Notes: a model not told the origin generated them from the letters alone. A stretch of DNA of 60,537 nt from a bacterium (GCA_021780115.1 JAJXZI010000022.1:1-60537), one strand, 5' to 3'; counted from the stretch's first letter, positions 10,801 to 19,379 are shown. Program-made: numbers and translations.

Positions 10801-11108
10801 TGGACAAGGTCACCCACCTCCAAGGCGTGTCGTACGAGTGGCGCCGCGACGAGTTCCCCGACAAGCATTTCGACGAGGGCCCCCAACTCGGCTTCATCGC
10901 CCAGGCCGTCGAAAAGGTCCTACCCGAGGCGGTCCGCACCGACGCACAAGGCTACAAGGCCGTGGCCTATGAGAAACTCACCGCCGTGATGAACGAAGCC
11001 GTCAAAGAGCAGCAGACCGAGATTGATATCCTGAAGACCCAGAACGCCCAACTGCAAAAAGACGTGGCGGAACTCAACGCCCTGGTCAACAAACTGCTCG
11101 CCAAGTAG
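7803..11108 (+). CDS. secreted tail-fibre-like protein: TYQGQL N-domain, NTAxG repeats, collagen, three CBM5/12-like modules, peptidase S74 autochaperone
   Basis: Signal peptide ending VLA-QG; 14-aa NTAVGxxAL repeats; Gly-X-Y runs; SDARWKK...[15 protein letters not shown]...YEKL followed by a coiled coil. Confidence 0.88.
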   Translation: MKTQLTRLLAATLLFAATGAVLAQGTALTYQGQLNSQGAPANGAFDMTFTLWNAPSGGSQVGNTLTNAGVTASNGQFTATLDFGPNVFMGAGAWLEIGVRAGGASSFTTLSPRQQITPMPYAIFAENANAAGLSGTVSNGQLANSSITVHAGAGLSGGGTVPLGGTVTLKTTATSADTTNAIVVRDANGDFSAGSVTLDGSLNLPYTASLTVAGGGSLLSDAGSLYVGRAGSNAVINQFPLFNAGFGDYALAKEATSTNASGSYNTAVGEYGLMNNTSGSENVAVGAEALYGNVVGSYNTANGFQALASNVSGSNNTAVGSYALIGNTNGGFNTAIGTQALYENTDGSYNTAAGFQALADNISGSESTAVGFQALAGNTNGGDNVAVGFAAGWNLLSGSYNTLSGVGALLESLTGSNNTAIGFQALGNATDNDNIALGYLSGFNLTSGVFNIYIGNPGAPNESGAIRLGTQGAHTNTYIAGIYGTTLTNAMQVYVNSAGQLGALPPEQGPAGPPGPQGSAGPVGLQGPAGPAGPLGATGPTGAQGAQGPTGPAGLNWVAVGWTNLVSYAVNDAVFYNGSSWVASQSNSSQPPAVGSAYWSLLAQQGAQGPAGATGATGAAGSQGSPGTQGPMGPAGPIGPAGATGPQGPPGQAGAAGATGAQGPQGPAGPAGLNWRDTWNASASYAPNDAVSWGNSSWVATQANSGQAPGLGSSYWSLLAEQGAQGPAGATGPQGPAGAQGPQGPAGPTGPIGLTGATGPQGPQGQTGATGAQGLQGPAGPAGLNWRNAWADSASYAPNDAVSWSNSSWVATQVNSGQAPGLGSSYWSLLAQQGAQGPAGATGATGPAGPAGSTGPPGPPGTIASNSVTSADLAADTASLGKITGSLTEDPTSQDFYLNDHTLFLHTDQYHGLGYFGTFGGQTVNGPVLYGWVSGALGYNHFGSPQGVALSWSYGNVTIGGGYPMAGYALTVNGSAYSTGTWSGSDARWKKDVQPLTHALDKVTHLQGVSYEWRRDEFPDKHFDEGPQLGFIAQAVEKVLPEAVRTDAQGYKAVAYEKLTAVMNEAVKEQQTEIDILKTQNAQLQKDVAELNALVNKLLAK
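9320..10385 (+). repeat. intragenic tandem duplication of collagen plus carbohydrate-binding-like units
   Basis: The LNW of each module starts at 9465, 9819 and 10152 (spacing 354 and 333 nt); units 2 and 3 are close to identical in DNA. Confidence 0.9.
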
Positions 11109-11120
11109 GAAGGAGGAACC

Positions 11121-11816
11121 ATGAAAATTCTGAACTGCCAACTCCAGAGTCCAGAGCTCGTTGGGCAAACTCTGAATGAAAACCGAAACCTCGAACAAAG
11201 CCTGCCTGGTCGGTTCCTGGTCAAATTGACCTGCGCCGGTGCTGCGCCTCGCAGAGGCGCGCTCCGGAACGCGGGTCTGCGACCCGCACCCGCACAAAGG
11301 GCAACCAACCGACTGGACGGTGAACCAAGGGCGAAGGCAGGAGCCAGAAGGGAGAAACGCATTTGCCGGTTCCATGCGTTCGCGCTCGGTTTCTTCATTC
11401 TTCCTTCATCATTCTGCCTTCCGGTCTGGGGGCAGTCATACTCGATGGACTGGCACAAGGTCGCTGGCGGCGGCGGCGCCAGCGCCGGCGGGGCCTATTC
11501 CCTCACCGGCACCATTGGCCAGCACGATGCCGGCGAACCGATGAGCGGTGGCCCTTACTCGCTCACCGGCGGGTTCTGGAGCCTCATCTCCGTCGCGCAA
11601 ACGCCCGGCGCGCCGACGCTCTCCATCAGCCGTTCCGGCAGCACCGTCACGGTGCATTGGCAAAACGTCTCCGGCTGGAGCTTGGAGCAGAACAGCAGCC
11701 TGGCCCAGCCCGCCAACTGGTCGCCCAGCACTGGCGTCGAGACTACGCTAGGCACCAACTACTTCCGCGTCGGGCCTTTGGCTGGGACCCTCTTTTTCCG
11801 GCTCAGACAGCCATGA
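11121..11816 (+). CDS. small secreted GGFW-domain protein (fibre partner 1) with conserved C-terminal module
   Basis: AGGAGG RBS; QSYSMDWHKVAGGGG..YSLTGTIGQHDAG..YSLTGGFW; ends LFFRLRQP; paralogous to 16913..17494. Confidence 0.8.
   Translation: MKILNCQLQSPELVGQTLNENRNLEQSLPGRFLVKLTCAGAAPRRGALRNAGLRPAPAQRATNRLDGEPRAKAGARREKRICRFHAFALGFFILPSSFCLPVWGQSYSMDWHKVAGGGGASAGGAYSLTGTIGQHDAGEPMSGGPYSLTGGFWSLISVAQTPGAPTLSISRSGSTVTVHWQNVSGWSLEQNSSLAQPANWSPSTGVETTLGTNYFRVGPLAGTLFFRLRQP
11244..11287. repeat. tail-to-tail REP-like hairpin doublet within CDS
   Basis: GCGCCTC-GCA-GAGGCGC-GCTCC then GGAAC-GCGGGTC-TGC-GACCCGC. Confidence 0.65.
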
Positions 11817-11870
11817 ATGTCAATCCACACGCCGTGCATCAGACCATCAAAACGCAAATTGAGTAAAACC

Positions 11871-11895
11871 GGGGTGCCAGCGCGCCCCGCCCTAC
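11871..11895 (-). repeat. GTAG-tagged REP-like palindrome
   Basis: Reverse strand reads GTAG-GGC-GGGGCGC-GCTG-GCACCCC. Confidence 0.55.
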
Positions 11896-11919
11896 AAAGC
11901 CGTGAAAAGGACAACGTAT

Positions 11920-14900
11920 ATGAATACAACAATTATGCAGAAATCGCCGGCGACCCAGCCGGTGGCGGCACGCGCACGCGCCAGCGGCAGCCCGTATCCG
12001 GTGAGGAGCGCGGCCTCGATCCCGCCGTGCGCCTCGCCGTCCCGAGCCCCGACCCGGGCCGTGCAGCGCTTGGCGGGGCTAGCGGCGGCGGCGCTTGCCG
12101 CCATCGCGCCGGCGCTCGGCCCAGGGCCTGCCGGCGCGCAAACGGGGCCGTTTCTTGAACCCGTCGCTTCGATCTACGTCAACGCCGATGTGCTTGACCA
12201 GAACTGGGATAGTGGAGAGCCCTATCAGACGTTGATGTGGCAATTGGGCCTGGGAGAATACCCTTCGATTGCCGACGCCGGCTTTTATTCCGATCCGCCG
12301 CCGGTCTTCCCTCGGACGGAGGCGTTCAGCCTATACGACGTTTCCCCGGCGTCTGTCGCGGCACCGTACGAATCTCTCATTAATCCCCACGCCGGCGTCC
12401 AGGGTGCGACAGGCGGAGGCGCCCTCGTGATTGGGAACGGCACCAAGGTTTTCTACATCGACATTCCGTGCTACTGGGGCGGCAACGGCTCCCCTGAGGG
12501 ACCTTTGTCGTCTGGCGGTATCGGGGCCTTTGGCAGTCTCTTCAGCCACATCCATTATGAGGTCCGGGTCGAGGCGGCCGATTCGGTCGGGTTCACCCCC
12601 TCTGCCGCCACGTACACAGCGCAGGCCGGATGGACGGTGCTGACGACCGCGGCGCTCGACGTGTTCAACGCCGCCTACGACGACCCTAACAACCCGGCCT
12701 ATAGCCAAATGCAGGTTCCGTCGTACGCCTACACACCTCAACCGGGCGTCCCGGACACGGTTATTAACCTCAACCAGGACGGTTCGTACTCGGTCAACGA
12801 GGTGGCGGGCGATCCCCAGTGGTACCTCGGCCCTGTCGCCGTCGGCGGCGGCTACCAGGGTTACATCTGGCACGTCGCGGTGGGCTTCCCCCAGAAAGTC
12901 GTGAACATCCTGAGAATTGCCGTGTACGCCTCGCTGTACGCCACGCCCGAAGACGGCCAGAACGGCGGGGGGTATTGTTGCGGCCGAATGTTCGAGTTCC
13001 CGGATCCGTTCTTCTATTACGATCAGCTCCCGTCTAAACTTCAAACCCTGGACCCGCAGTCTCCCTCGCTCACCCGGGACATCGCAATGGCACAGGTCAA
13101 CAGCTTGTACAGCAATCCGGCCGGGGAGGCCATGACTGATCAGCTTGGCCCAACGGATCTGAGCTCCGTCCAGCAGGTCGTGGGCACGGTCATGAGCGAG
13201 CCCGGAGACGAGCACCTCTGGGACTATTCCCCTAACATGACTGTGGCCGTCCTGCCGGACAACCTGCTGACCTACGACTTCCTTCCGTATGGAATCATCT
13301 ACAACCCTCCGGGCAACTACAGCGGGGTAGCGCAAACAAGCACAGCCACGTTCAGCACAATCATGTCCTTTGCGACCTCGCAGGGGTCGCAGCAGCAAAC
13401 GGCCAATGTGCAGGGCACGTCGTTCACCCTGGGCGCACAGGGATCCGTCGGTGCAGGATTCTTCAAGGCCCCTTTTGGCGTGGGGGCCACCTGGTCGCAA
13501 GGCTCGAGCACGGTCAACACCACGTCTGGCACCACAGCGAACACAACCACGCTCTCGGGCTCCGAGACTGCCGGGTATGGCCTCGGCAGTTGCTCCGTGG
13601 GCTGCACCACCCTTATGCCGCAAGGCTATGCAGCGGGCGCGCGGAACCCAACACTCTGGCCGCTGGCGCCTGACGCGACAGACGCAACCCTCGGTTCCCC
13701 GTGGAACGACGCATTCTGGTACGACCAGATCTGGATCATACCTCACCCGGTTTTCGCCACCTGGACGCTCCCGTCGGCGACCGGCGGGACGCCGATTCCG
13801 ACCGCCCAACTGGTTGGCTTCCTCCAGGCGGGCCAATTGAGTGCCAAAACGGCCATCCCGTACCAAGTCAGGTGCCTCTACTGCGCCGCGCAGAGCCACC
13901 AATACTGCTGGGACGAACATTGGCAATTCGCCCTCAGTCCGGATGAATGCATGGCGCTGCTGCAGATGGATCCATTCTACGCCGGCAGCACCTACAGCAG
14001 CGGCAGCACGTGGCAGGGGCCCAACATGTGGCAGGGGGTCAAACCTTCGGACGTCGATCCGAGTCGGTTCATTGAGCTCCGCCAGTTTCCAGTGGTAGAT
14101 GGCCAAGACGGCACGTTCTGCTTGAGTCAGAACTCAGTCGTGAGCTGGGCGGACAACCAGACGACCTCGCTGGCGAACCAGCAAAGCACGTCCTCGGGTT
14201 TTACTTTCAACCTCAATCAGGCGGGCTCCGGGGTCAACTACACTTCATCCCAATCGCAACAAAACGGGGTTCAGGTCACCTACTCGACGCAACAAGGCTC
14301 GAGCCTCGGCCAGGCCGTCACCACCTGCGGCGTGCTCAGGGACAACGGAACGGACATCGATTCTATCACCCATAAACCAAAGAACCCTGGCGGCTTCGCG
14401 GGCCCAAACGTCCCGGACGTTTACTTTGACCTCACGTTCGGCAGCTTCCTCGTTCAGGACGCCAACGAACCGGCGCCGGACGGCACGGACTACACGAGTT
14501 GGCCTGGGTTCTGTGCCGACTGTAATCTGACTGCTTCTGATAGTGTCCTGGTTCTTCGTCCTGAATCGGTCAGCGAGGAGCAGGCCTTCCTGGAAAGTGA
14601 AAGTGAGGGGCCTCTGGGAACATTGTGGGCATTGGAGGACTCGACCGCACTGCGTGACTTCCTTGCCTCGCAGGCATCCACCAACAGCGTAAACGGAGCC
14701 CAACCCGTTTACTGGCTGCCGCCAGGCACACAGTGGCCAGCCCGTGGCGGGTCAGCGCCGCTGTTGCCCCCGCCTCCGGGGTTTCCTCCGCCCTCAGGGT
14801 TTGCCTTGCCGCCACGGGTGAATTATGCCCCCAATTCGGCTTCCCTGGAGGTCACCAGGCTGGGGCCACCTGCCGCGCCGCTGATGCTCGCGCCGATAGG

Positions 14901-15096
14901 CTACGTCAATGGCCATTTCAGCCTGGAGGTCAGTGGCACCGCGCAAGCGAGCTACGTCATCGAGGCCAGCACCAACTTGGTGCATTGGACCGGACTCTTC
15001 ACGAACACAGCACCGGCGACGCCCTTCCAGTTCAGTGATCCGGAGGCGAGCAACTTTGTCGATCGTTTCTACCGGTTGCGGCGACACCAACCATGA
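11920..15096 (+). CDS. large secreted hypothetical protein with two Ser/Thr-rich beta segments and the conserved C-terminal module
   Basis: ATG 11920 after AAGGA (GTG 11902 is an alternative); signal-like segment LAGLAAAALAAIAPALGPGPAGA-Q; Cys pairs; Pro-rich linker; C-terminus YVIEASTNLVHW...RFYRL. Confidence 0.8.
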   Translation: MNTTIMQKSPATQPVAARARASGSPYPVRSAASIPPCASPSRAPTRAVQRLAGLAAAALAAIAPALGPGPAGAQTGPFLEPVASIYVNADVLDQNWDSGEPYQTLMWQLGLGEYPSIADAGFYSDPPPVFPRTEAFSLYDVSPASVAAPYESLINPHAGVQGATGGGALVIGNGTKVFYIDIPCYWGGNGSPEGPLSSGGIGAFGSLFSHIHYEVRVEAADSVGFTPSAATYTAQAGWTVLTTAALDVFNAAYDDPNNPAYSQMQVPSYAYTPQPGVPDTVINLNQDGSYSVNEVAGDPQWYLGPVAVGGGYQGYIWHVAVGFPQKVVNILRIAVYASLYATPEDGQNGGGYCCGRMFEFPDPFFYYDQLPSKLQTLDPQSPSLTRDIAMAQVNSLYSNPAGEAMTDQLGPTDLSSVQQVVGTVMSEPGDEHLWDYSPNMTVAVLPDNLLTYDFLPYGIIYNPPGNYSGVAQTSTATFSTIMSFATSQGSQQQTANVQGTSFTLGAQGSVGAGFFKAPFGVGATWSQGSSTVNTTSGTTANTTTLSGSETAGYGLGSCSVGCTTLMPQGYAAGARNPTLWPLAPDATDATLGSPWNDAFWYDQIWIIPHPVFATWTLPSATGGTPIPTAQLVGFLQAGQLSAKTAIPYQVRCLYCAAQSHQYCWDEHWQFALSPDECMALLQMDPFYAGSTYSSGSTWQGPNMWQGVKPSDVDPSRFIELRQFPVVDGQDGTFCLSQNSVVSWADNQTTSLANQQSTSSGFTFNLNQAGSGVNYTSSQSQQNGVQVTYSTQQGSSLGQAVTTCGVLRDNGTDIDSITHKPKNPGGFAGPNVPDVYFDLTFGSFLVQDANEPAPDGTDYTSWPGFCADCNLTASDSVLVLRPESVSEEQAFLESESEGPLGTLWALEDSTALRDFLASQASTNSVNGAQPVYWLPPGTQWPARGGSAPLLPPPPGFPPPSGFALPPRVNYAPNSASLEVTRLGPPAAPLMLAPIGYVNGHFSLEVSGTAQASYVIEASTNLVHWTGLFTNTAPATPFQFSDPEASNFVDRFYRLRRHQP

Positions 15097-15140
15097 CCTC
15101 AAGGCGATAGGTAAGCCTCCTAAAACAACCCGGCAAAACC

Positions 15141-16916
15141 ATGAAAATCAAATTCGCACCCAGACTCATCACCCTCAGCCTTCTCACTGCGGCCCTCTGC
15201 CTTCCGGCCTTGGCCCAAGACACCGTGTTGACCTATCAAGGCCAGGTGCTGGACAACGGCACCAACTTCAATGGCCCCGGCCAGTTCAAGTTCGCCCTCG
15301 TCACCAGCACCAGCAGCAGCACCTACGTGACTTACTGGAGCAACGACGGCACGAGCGTGGCGGGCAGCGAGCCTTCCGCCGCCGTGGGTGTGAGCGTCAG
15401 TAAGGGGCTCTTCACCGTGGTACTGGGCGACACCACGCTGGCCCACATGACGGCTCTCCCCCGTTCGGTATTCACCACCCAGCCCAACCTGCAGTTGCGG
15501 ATTTGGTTCAATGACGGGGTCAGCGGCTTTGCCGCCTTGAGTCCGCTGCAAAACCTGACGCCGGCCCCGTACGCCGTGATGGCCAACAGCGCGATCAATC
15601 TGCTGGGCGGCGACGTCTCTGCCGGCGATGTTTCTGCCGGCAGCGTCGAGGTCGCCGGCCCTTTGTATCTGCCCAGCATAGGCGTGTATCCGGTTGTCAT
15701 CTACTCCGGCGGCAGTCTTCTCATGGATGCCGATAACCAGCACAACTTCTTCACCGGTCCGTCCGCAGGCAATTTGACGCTTGGCGGGTCCCTCAACACT
15801 GGGATCGGAATAGATGCCCTCCAGTTCGACACCACCGGCACTGCTAACACGGCCCTCGGCGAGCAGGCGCTTCAGTACAACACGGGCGGCTCCTACAACA
15901 CGGCTATCGGTTTCCAGGCGCTGGTGAACAACACGAACGGCGGCTACAACACAGCCCTTGGCGCTTTGGCGCTTGGGTTCAACACGAACGGCAACAACAA
16001 CACGGCCATCGGTTACGGGGCGCTTGTCGAAAACAGGATTGGCAACGACAACACGGCCAGCGGCTATCAGACGCTCAACTTCAACACGACCGGCGACTAC
16101 AACACGGCCAACGGCTTCGAGGCGCTTTACAACAATACGAATGGCAACGAGAACGTCGCCAGCGGCTATCGGGCGCTTTACAACAACCTGGGCGGCTCTT
16201 ACAACACGGCCTATGGCGACAGCGCGCTCTTCTTCAATACCACCGGCAACTACAACATAGCCAACGGCTATCTGGCGCTCCTGCACTGCACGACCGGCTC
16301 CGGGAACACGGCCAACGGCGTTAATGCGCTCCTGAATTGCGCGAACGGGACCAACAATACTGCGCTGGGTTATTCGGCTGGCGCCGCACTGACCACGGGC
16401 AACAACAACATCGACATCGGCCACCCCGGCGTGGCGGGCGACAACAACACCATTCGGATCGGGGCGGGAGCCTCCAGCACGTTTATCTCCGGCATTGCAG
16501 GGGTCACGATCGGCAGTGGCGCGCCGGTTTATGTCAATTCTTCCGGCCAACTCGGCACCATCACCTCCTCGGAACGATTCAAGCAAGACATCCACAGCAT
16601 GGGTGCGGCGAGCGATTTGCTCCTGGCGCTCCGGCCGGTGACCTTCCGCTACAAACCGGAACTGGACCCCAACGGCACCCCGCAGTTCGGCCTCATTGCC
16701 GAGGAGGTGAGCCAGGTGGACCCCGACCTGGTCGTGCGCGACGACAAGAACCGGATCTACACCGTCCGCTACGAAGCGGTGAACGCGATGCTGCTGAATG
16801 AGTTTCTCAAGGAACACCGGACGGTCGAAGCGCAGAGCGCGGAAATTCAACAACTCCAACAACGGCTCGACAAGCTGGAGCAACTCATCTCCCAGCAGAC
16901 CGGAGGCCAGCCATGA
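15141..16916 (+). CDS. second secreted tail-fibre-like protein with peptidase S74 autochaperone
   Basis: Signal peptide ALA-QD; LTYQGQV N-domain; about 14 NTAxGxxAL repeats; SSERFKQDI...LRPVTFRYK...FGLIAEEV followed by a coiled coil. Confidence 0.88.
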   Translation: MKIKFAPRLITLSLLTAALCLPALAQDTVLTYQGQVLDNGTNFNGPGQFKFALVTSTSSSTYVTYWSNDGTSVAGSEPSAAVGVSVSKGLFTVVLGDTTLAHMTALPRSVFTTQPNLQLRIWFNDGVSGFAALSPLQNLTPAPYAVMANSAINLLGGDVSAGDVSAGSVEVAGPLYLPSIGVYPVVIYSGGSLLMDADNQHNFFTGPSAGNLTLGGSLNTGIGIDALQFDTTGTANTALGEQALQYNTGGSYNTAIGFQALVNNTNGGYNTALGALALGFNTNGNNNTAIGYGALVENRIGNDNTASGYQTLNFNTTGDYNTANGFEALYNNTNGNENVASGYRALYNNLGGSYNTAYGDSALFFNTTGNYNIANGYLALLHCTTGSGNTANGVNALLNCANGTNNTALGYSAGAALTTGNNNIDIGHPGVAGDNNTIRIGAGASSTFISGIAGVTIGSGAPVYVNSSGQLGTITSSERFKQDIHSMGAASDLLLALRPVTFRYKPELDPNGTPQFGLIAEEVSQVDPDLVVRDDKNRIYTVRYEAVNAMLLNEFLKEHRTVEAQSAEIQQLQQRLDKLEQLISQQTGGQP

Positions 16917-17494
16917 AGACACGAGCAGGGAAGCTGAAGGGTGGCGGATGGCCGGCGCGCAGCGTCTTGGAGTGCGGCAGTCCTCTGGCACTTATGACCG
17001 GTGTGAAACATTCCCAAACCCCACAAAGCGCCGGCGGGCCGGCGCAGTCCAAAAACTGGCGGCGGAACCTGATCTATTTCTGTTTTCTGTTTTTTAGTCT
17101 CCAGGCATCTGGTCGAAGCTACTCCATTAACTGGTATAAAATGGCCAGCGGCGGCGGCACGAGCAGCAACGGTCAGTATTCCGTCAGCGGCACCATCGGC
17201 CAGCCCGATGCCAGCGGGCCGATGGCTGGCGGCAGTTACTCGCTCACCAGCGGCTTCTGGGCATTGATCTCTGTCGTGCAAGCACCGGGACTGCCGAGTC
17301 TGACCATTACTCATTCGGGCAATAGCGTGGTGGTTTCCTGGCCCAACACCGGCGGCTACACGCTGCAGCAGAATTCCAATCTGGCCACGGGAAACTGGGC
17401 GACCAGCGGCTATTCCATCGCCACCGCCAACGGCACGAACAGCATCACCATCACCCCGCCGGCGGGAAATCTGTTCTTTCGCTTGAAGCAGTAG
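16913..17494 (+). CDS. small secreted GGFW-domain protein (fibre partner 2)
   Basis: ATGA overlap with the fibre gene; SYSINWYKMASGGGTS..YSVSGTIGQPDA..YSLTSGFW; ends LFFRLKQ. Confidence 0.82.
   Translation: MKTRAGKLKGGGWPARSVLECGSPLALMTGVKHSQTPQSAGGPAQSKNWRRNLIYFCFLFFSLQASGRSYSINWYKMASGGGTSSNGQYSVSGTIGQPDASGPMAGGSYSLTSGFWALISVVQAPGLPSLTITHSGNSVVVSWPNTGGYTLQQNSNLATGNWATSGYSIATANGTNSITITPPAGNLFFRLKQ
16967..17052. repeat. inverted REP-like pair within CDS
   Basis: TTGGAGTGCGGCAGTCCTCTGGCACTT and AAGCGCCGGCGGGCCGGCGCAGTCCAA match at 20/27 nt as an inverted repeat. Confidence 0.65.
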
Positions 17495-17499
17495 CGGCC

Positions 17500-17778
17500 T
17501 TGAAACTTAAAGCCATGTGGACAAAATCTTGGGAATGGGAATCGTTCGTCCGGTGTTCGCGCCGGCATCGTTTCAACGGCCAGGATGCGAACGGAGCGTG
17601 GACGTTGTTCATCGCGGACGTGTCGCCGGTGGGCATCGGCACGCTGGAGAACTGGAGTCTGACGATTGACGGTAACGGTCCCATCGGCGTGCCGGATGGC
17701 GGGGCCACGTTTGGCCTGTTGGGAATGGGCTTGGCCGGAATAGCCGCCTTTCGGCAAAGACTTGCCCTTTCCCGATGA
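17500..17778 (+). pseudogene. remnant of a proprotein-convertase P-domain protein with VPDSG-CTERM-like sorting signal
   Basis: FNGQDANGAWTLFIADVS..GTLENWSLTI, then VPDGGATFGLLGMGLAGIAAFRQR; most of the N-terminal part is missing. Confidence 0.7.
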
Positions 17779-17863
17779 GGCCACCCGGCGCGGCATGGGT
17801 TGCTTCTTGCAAGATTGGGCGTCCGGGGGGGCAAAACATCGCCGTTTTTGCTTCAACGTGCTG

Positions 17864-17869
17864 TATAAT
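17864..17869 (+). promoter_or_regulatory. perfect -10 hexamer upstream of the repeat array
   Basis: TATAAT in a GC-rich context; no clear -35. Confidence 0.4.
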
Positions 17870-17903
17870 AGCAGCTTGCGCCATCGTCCAGACCAGAGCT
17901 GGG

Positions 17904-18185
17904 AATGAATCGGTTCATCGGAAGAGATGATTTCCACCAGCGGGGAGGATGGTCCGGTTCATCCGAGGGGATGAATGGGTTCATCGGCCGGGATGGTTCA
18001 CTCCCTCGGCGCGCTGGTGCCTTTCATCGGGAGGGATGGTTCGTTCCATCGACGGGGATGAATCCGACCGGCGACGCGCCGGTTCCCATCAGCGGCGGGC
18101 TGGTCCCATTCATCGTCGCGGCTGGTTCCGACCGCCGGCGCGATGCAGGGAGTCTTCCCTCGGGATGAAGGGCACCACCGCCGGG
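17904..18185 (+). repeat. degenerate tandem array, 13 units of 21-22 bp with GATG-N8-CATC consensus core
   Basis: Unit starts at 17905, 17927, 17949, 17971, 17993, 18014, 18036, 18058, 18079, 18100, 18122, 18143, 18165. Confidence 0.85.
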
Positions 18186-18300
18186 CCGGCCGGTATGGGT
18201 GGTCGCTAATGATTGATGTGTCACAGCCTTATCCCATTTTCATTCGCGCCGCATTTTTCTACTTGCGCGCCCACCAGGCCGGGCGTAAACCACCCGCGCC

Positions 18301-18777
18301 ATGAGCACAATCCAAAACGACATTGACAAAACCTTCACGGAACAGGAGTTGGCCGACTTCGACGCGGCCCTGGCCAAATTGGAGGCGGTGACGCAAGACC
18401 TGCCGGTGTTGACGGGCGCCGACAAGGCGGCGCACGTGCGTCCCCCGGACGGGGCGGGCGACTGGGTGCAGGGCATGCTCACGCGCGCCCAGCAGAACCT
18501 GAACAAGCTTTCCCGCGACTTCGATCCCGCCCTGGTGCAGCGCGACCTGGATTTGATCGGCGCGATTGATCCGCGTCTGCTGCGGTTGCAGCGCGTGGTG
18601 GACCGGCTGGCCGGCGCGCGGTTTCTGGCCGGGAGCGACTCGTTCGCCGTGATGCTCGGCGTGCGCCGCCAGCTTAAGGACAGCGGCGTGGCGGGCGTGG
18701 ACGACAACTTGAGCGAGGGATTGCAGCGTTTCTTCTCGCGCGCGAGCCACGCGCAACCGGCGCCGACGCCGAAATAA
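18301..18777 (+). CDS. alpha-helical hypothetical protein
   Basis: 158 aa, host-like codon use, own promoter TTGCGC-N17-TAAACC; resembles (from memory) a widespread uncharacterised family with the pattern QN.I....L.....AL..LE...D.....RDL...LAGSD. Confidence 0.8.
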   Translation: MSTIQNDIDKTFTEQELADFDAALAKLEAVTQDLPVLTGADKAAHVRPPDGAGDWVQGMLTRAQQNLNKLSRDFDPALVQRDLDLIGAIDPRLLRLQRVVDRLAGARFLAGSDSFAVMLGVRRQLKDSGVAGVDDNLSEGLQRFFSRASHAQPAPTPK

Positions 18778-18854
18778 TCCGCCTGGTTTTCGCGGCTCCT
18801 TCTACGGGGACTTCAGACACGGCTTCAGGTCCGCTTGAAACCAAGGCGCGGCTT

Positions 18855-19142
18855 TCACGGCCCGTGCGCCTTGGCATACTCGCACAGCGCCCGCAGGTTC
18901 GCCTCCGGCGTGTCGCGCGGGACTTCGCAGCCGGCGCCGACGATGTAACGCGAGCCGGCGTCACCGTGGCATTGGGCGACGGCGGCAGCCACCTGCTCCG
19001 GCGTGCCGTTGCGGAGGACGGTGACGGGATTGAGGTTGCCGAGGAGCACCTGGTTCGGCCCCATGGCGGCGCGGCCTTCGGCCATCGGGGCGAGCGAGTC
19101 GAGGTCCACAATTTCGCAGCCGAGCCGGCCCATGCCGGCTAA
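18855..19142 (-). pseudogene. 3' fragment of a uroporphyrinogen decarboxylase (URO-D)/MtaA-CmuA family gene
   Basis: VLLGNLNPVTVLRNGTPEQV...YIVGAGCEVPRDTPEANLRAL is the family C-terminus; the N-terminal three quarters are absent. Confidence 0.8.
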
Positions 19143-19379
19143 GTGCTGTAAAGGGGTCAGTTCTTGATGTTGATAACTTTTTTGCCGATCCCCGTTTGCC
19201 GGCCTCGGGTGTGTGTCTGAGTTTTCATGGTCCTTCCTTCGTGACTGTGGCCAGCCGGCGCCTTCCGCTGCCCGCCGCTAAGCGAAGGTGCGCACCGGCG
19301 TGCTGGCCGGGCGCCGGGCTTTTGTGCTTTGCAGGCCAGCGCGAATCCCCTAGATAATCCGGCTCCGTTTTGTGTGGTT

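Noticed and set aside
7803-16916. Prophage or tailocin because of tail-fibre S74 domains
   Set aside because: The proteins have signal peptides; no capsid, sheath, tube, baseplate, terminase, integrase or lysis genes
17904-18185. CRISPR array
   Set aside because: No identical repeats, units are only 21-22 nt, there are no spacer-length unique segments, and no cas genes are in the window
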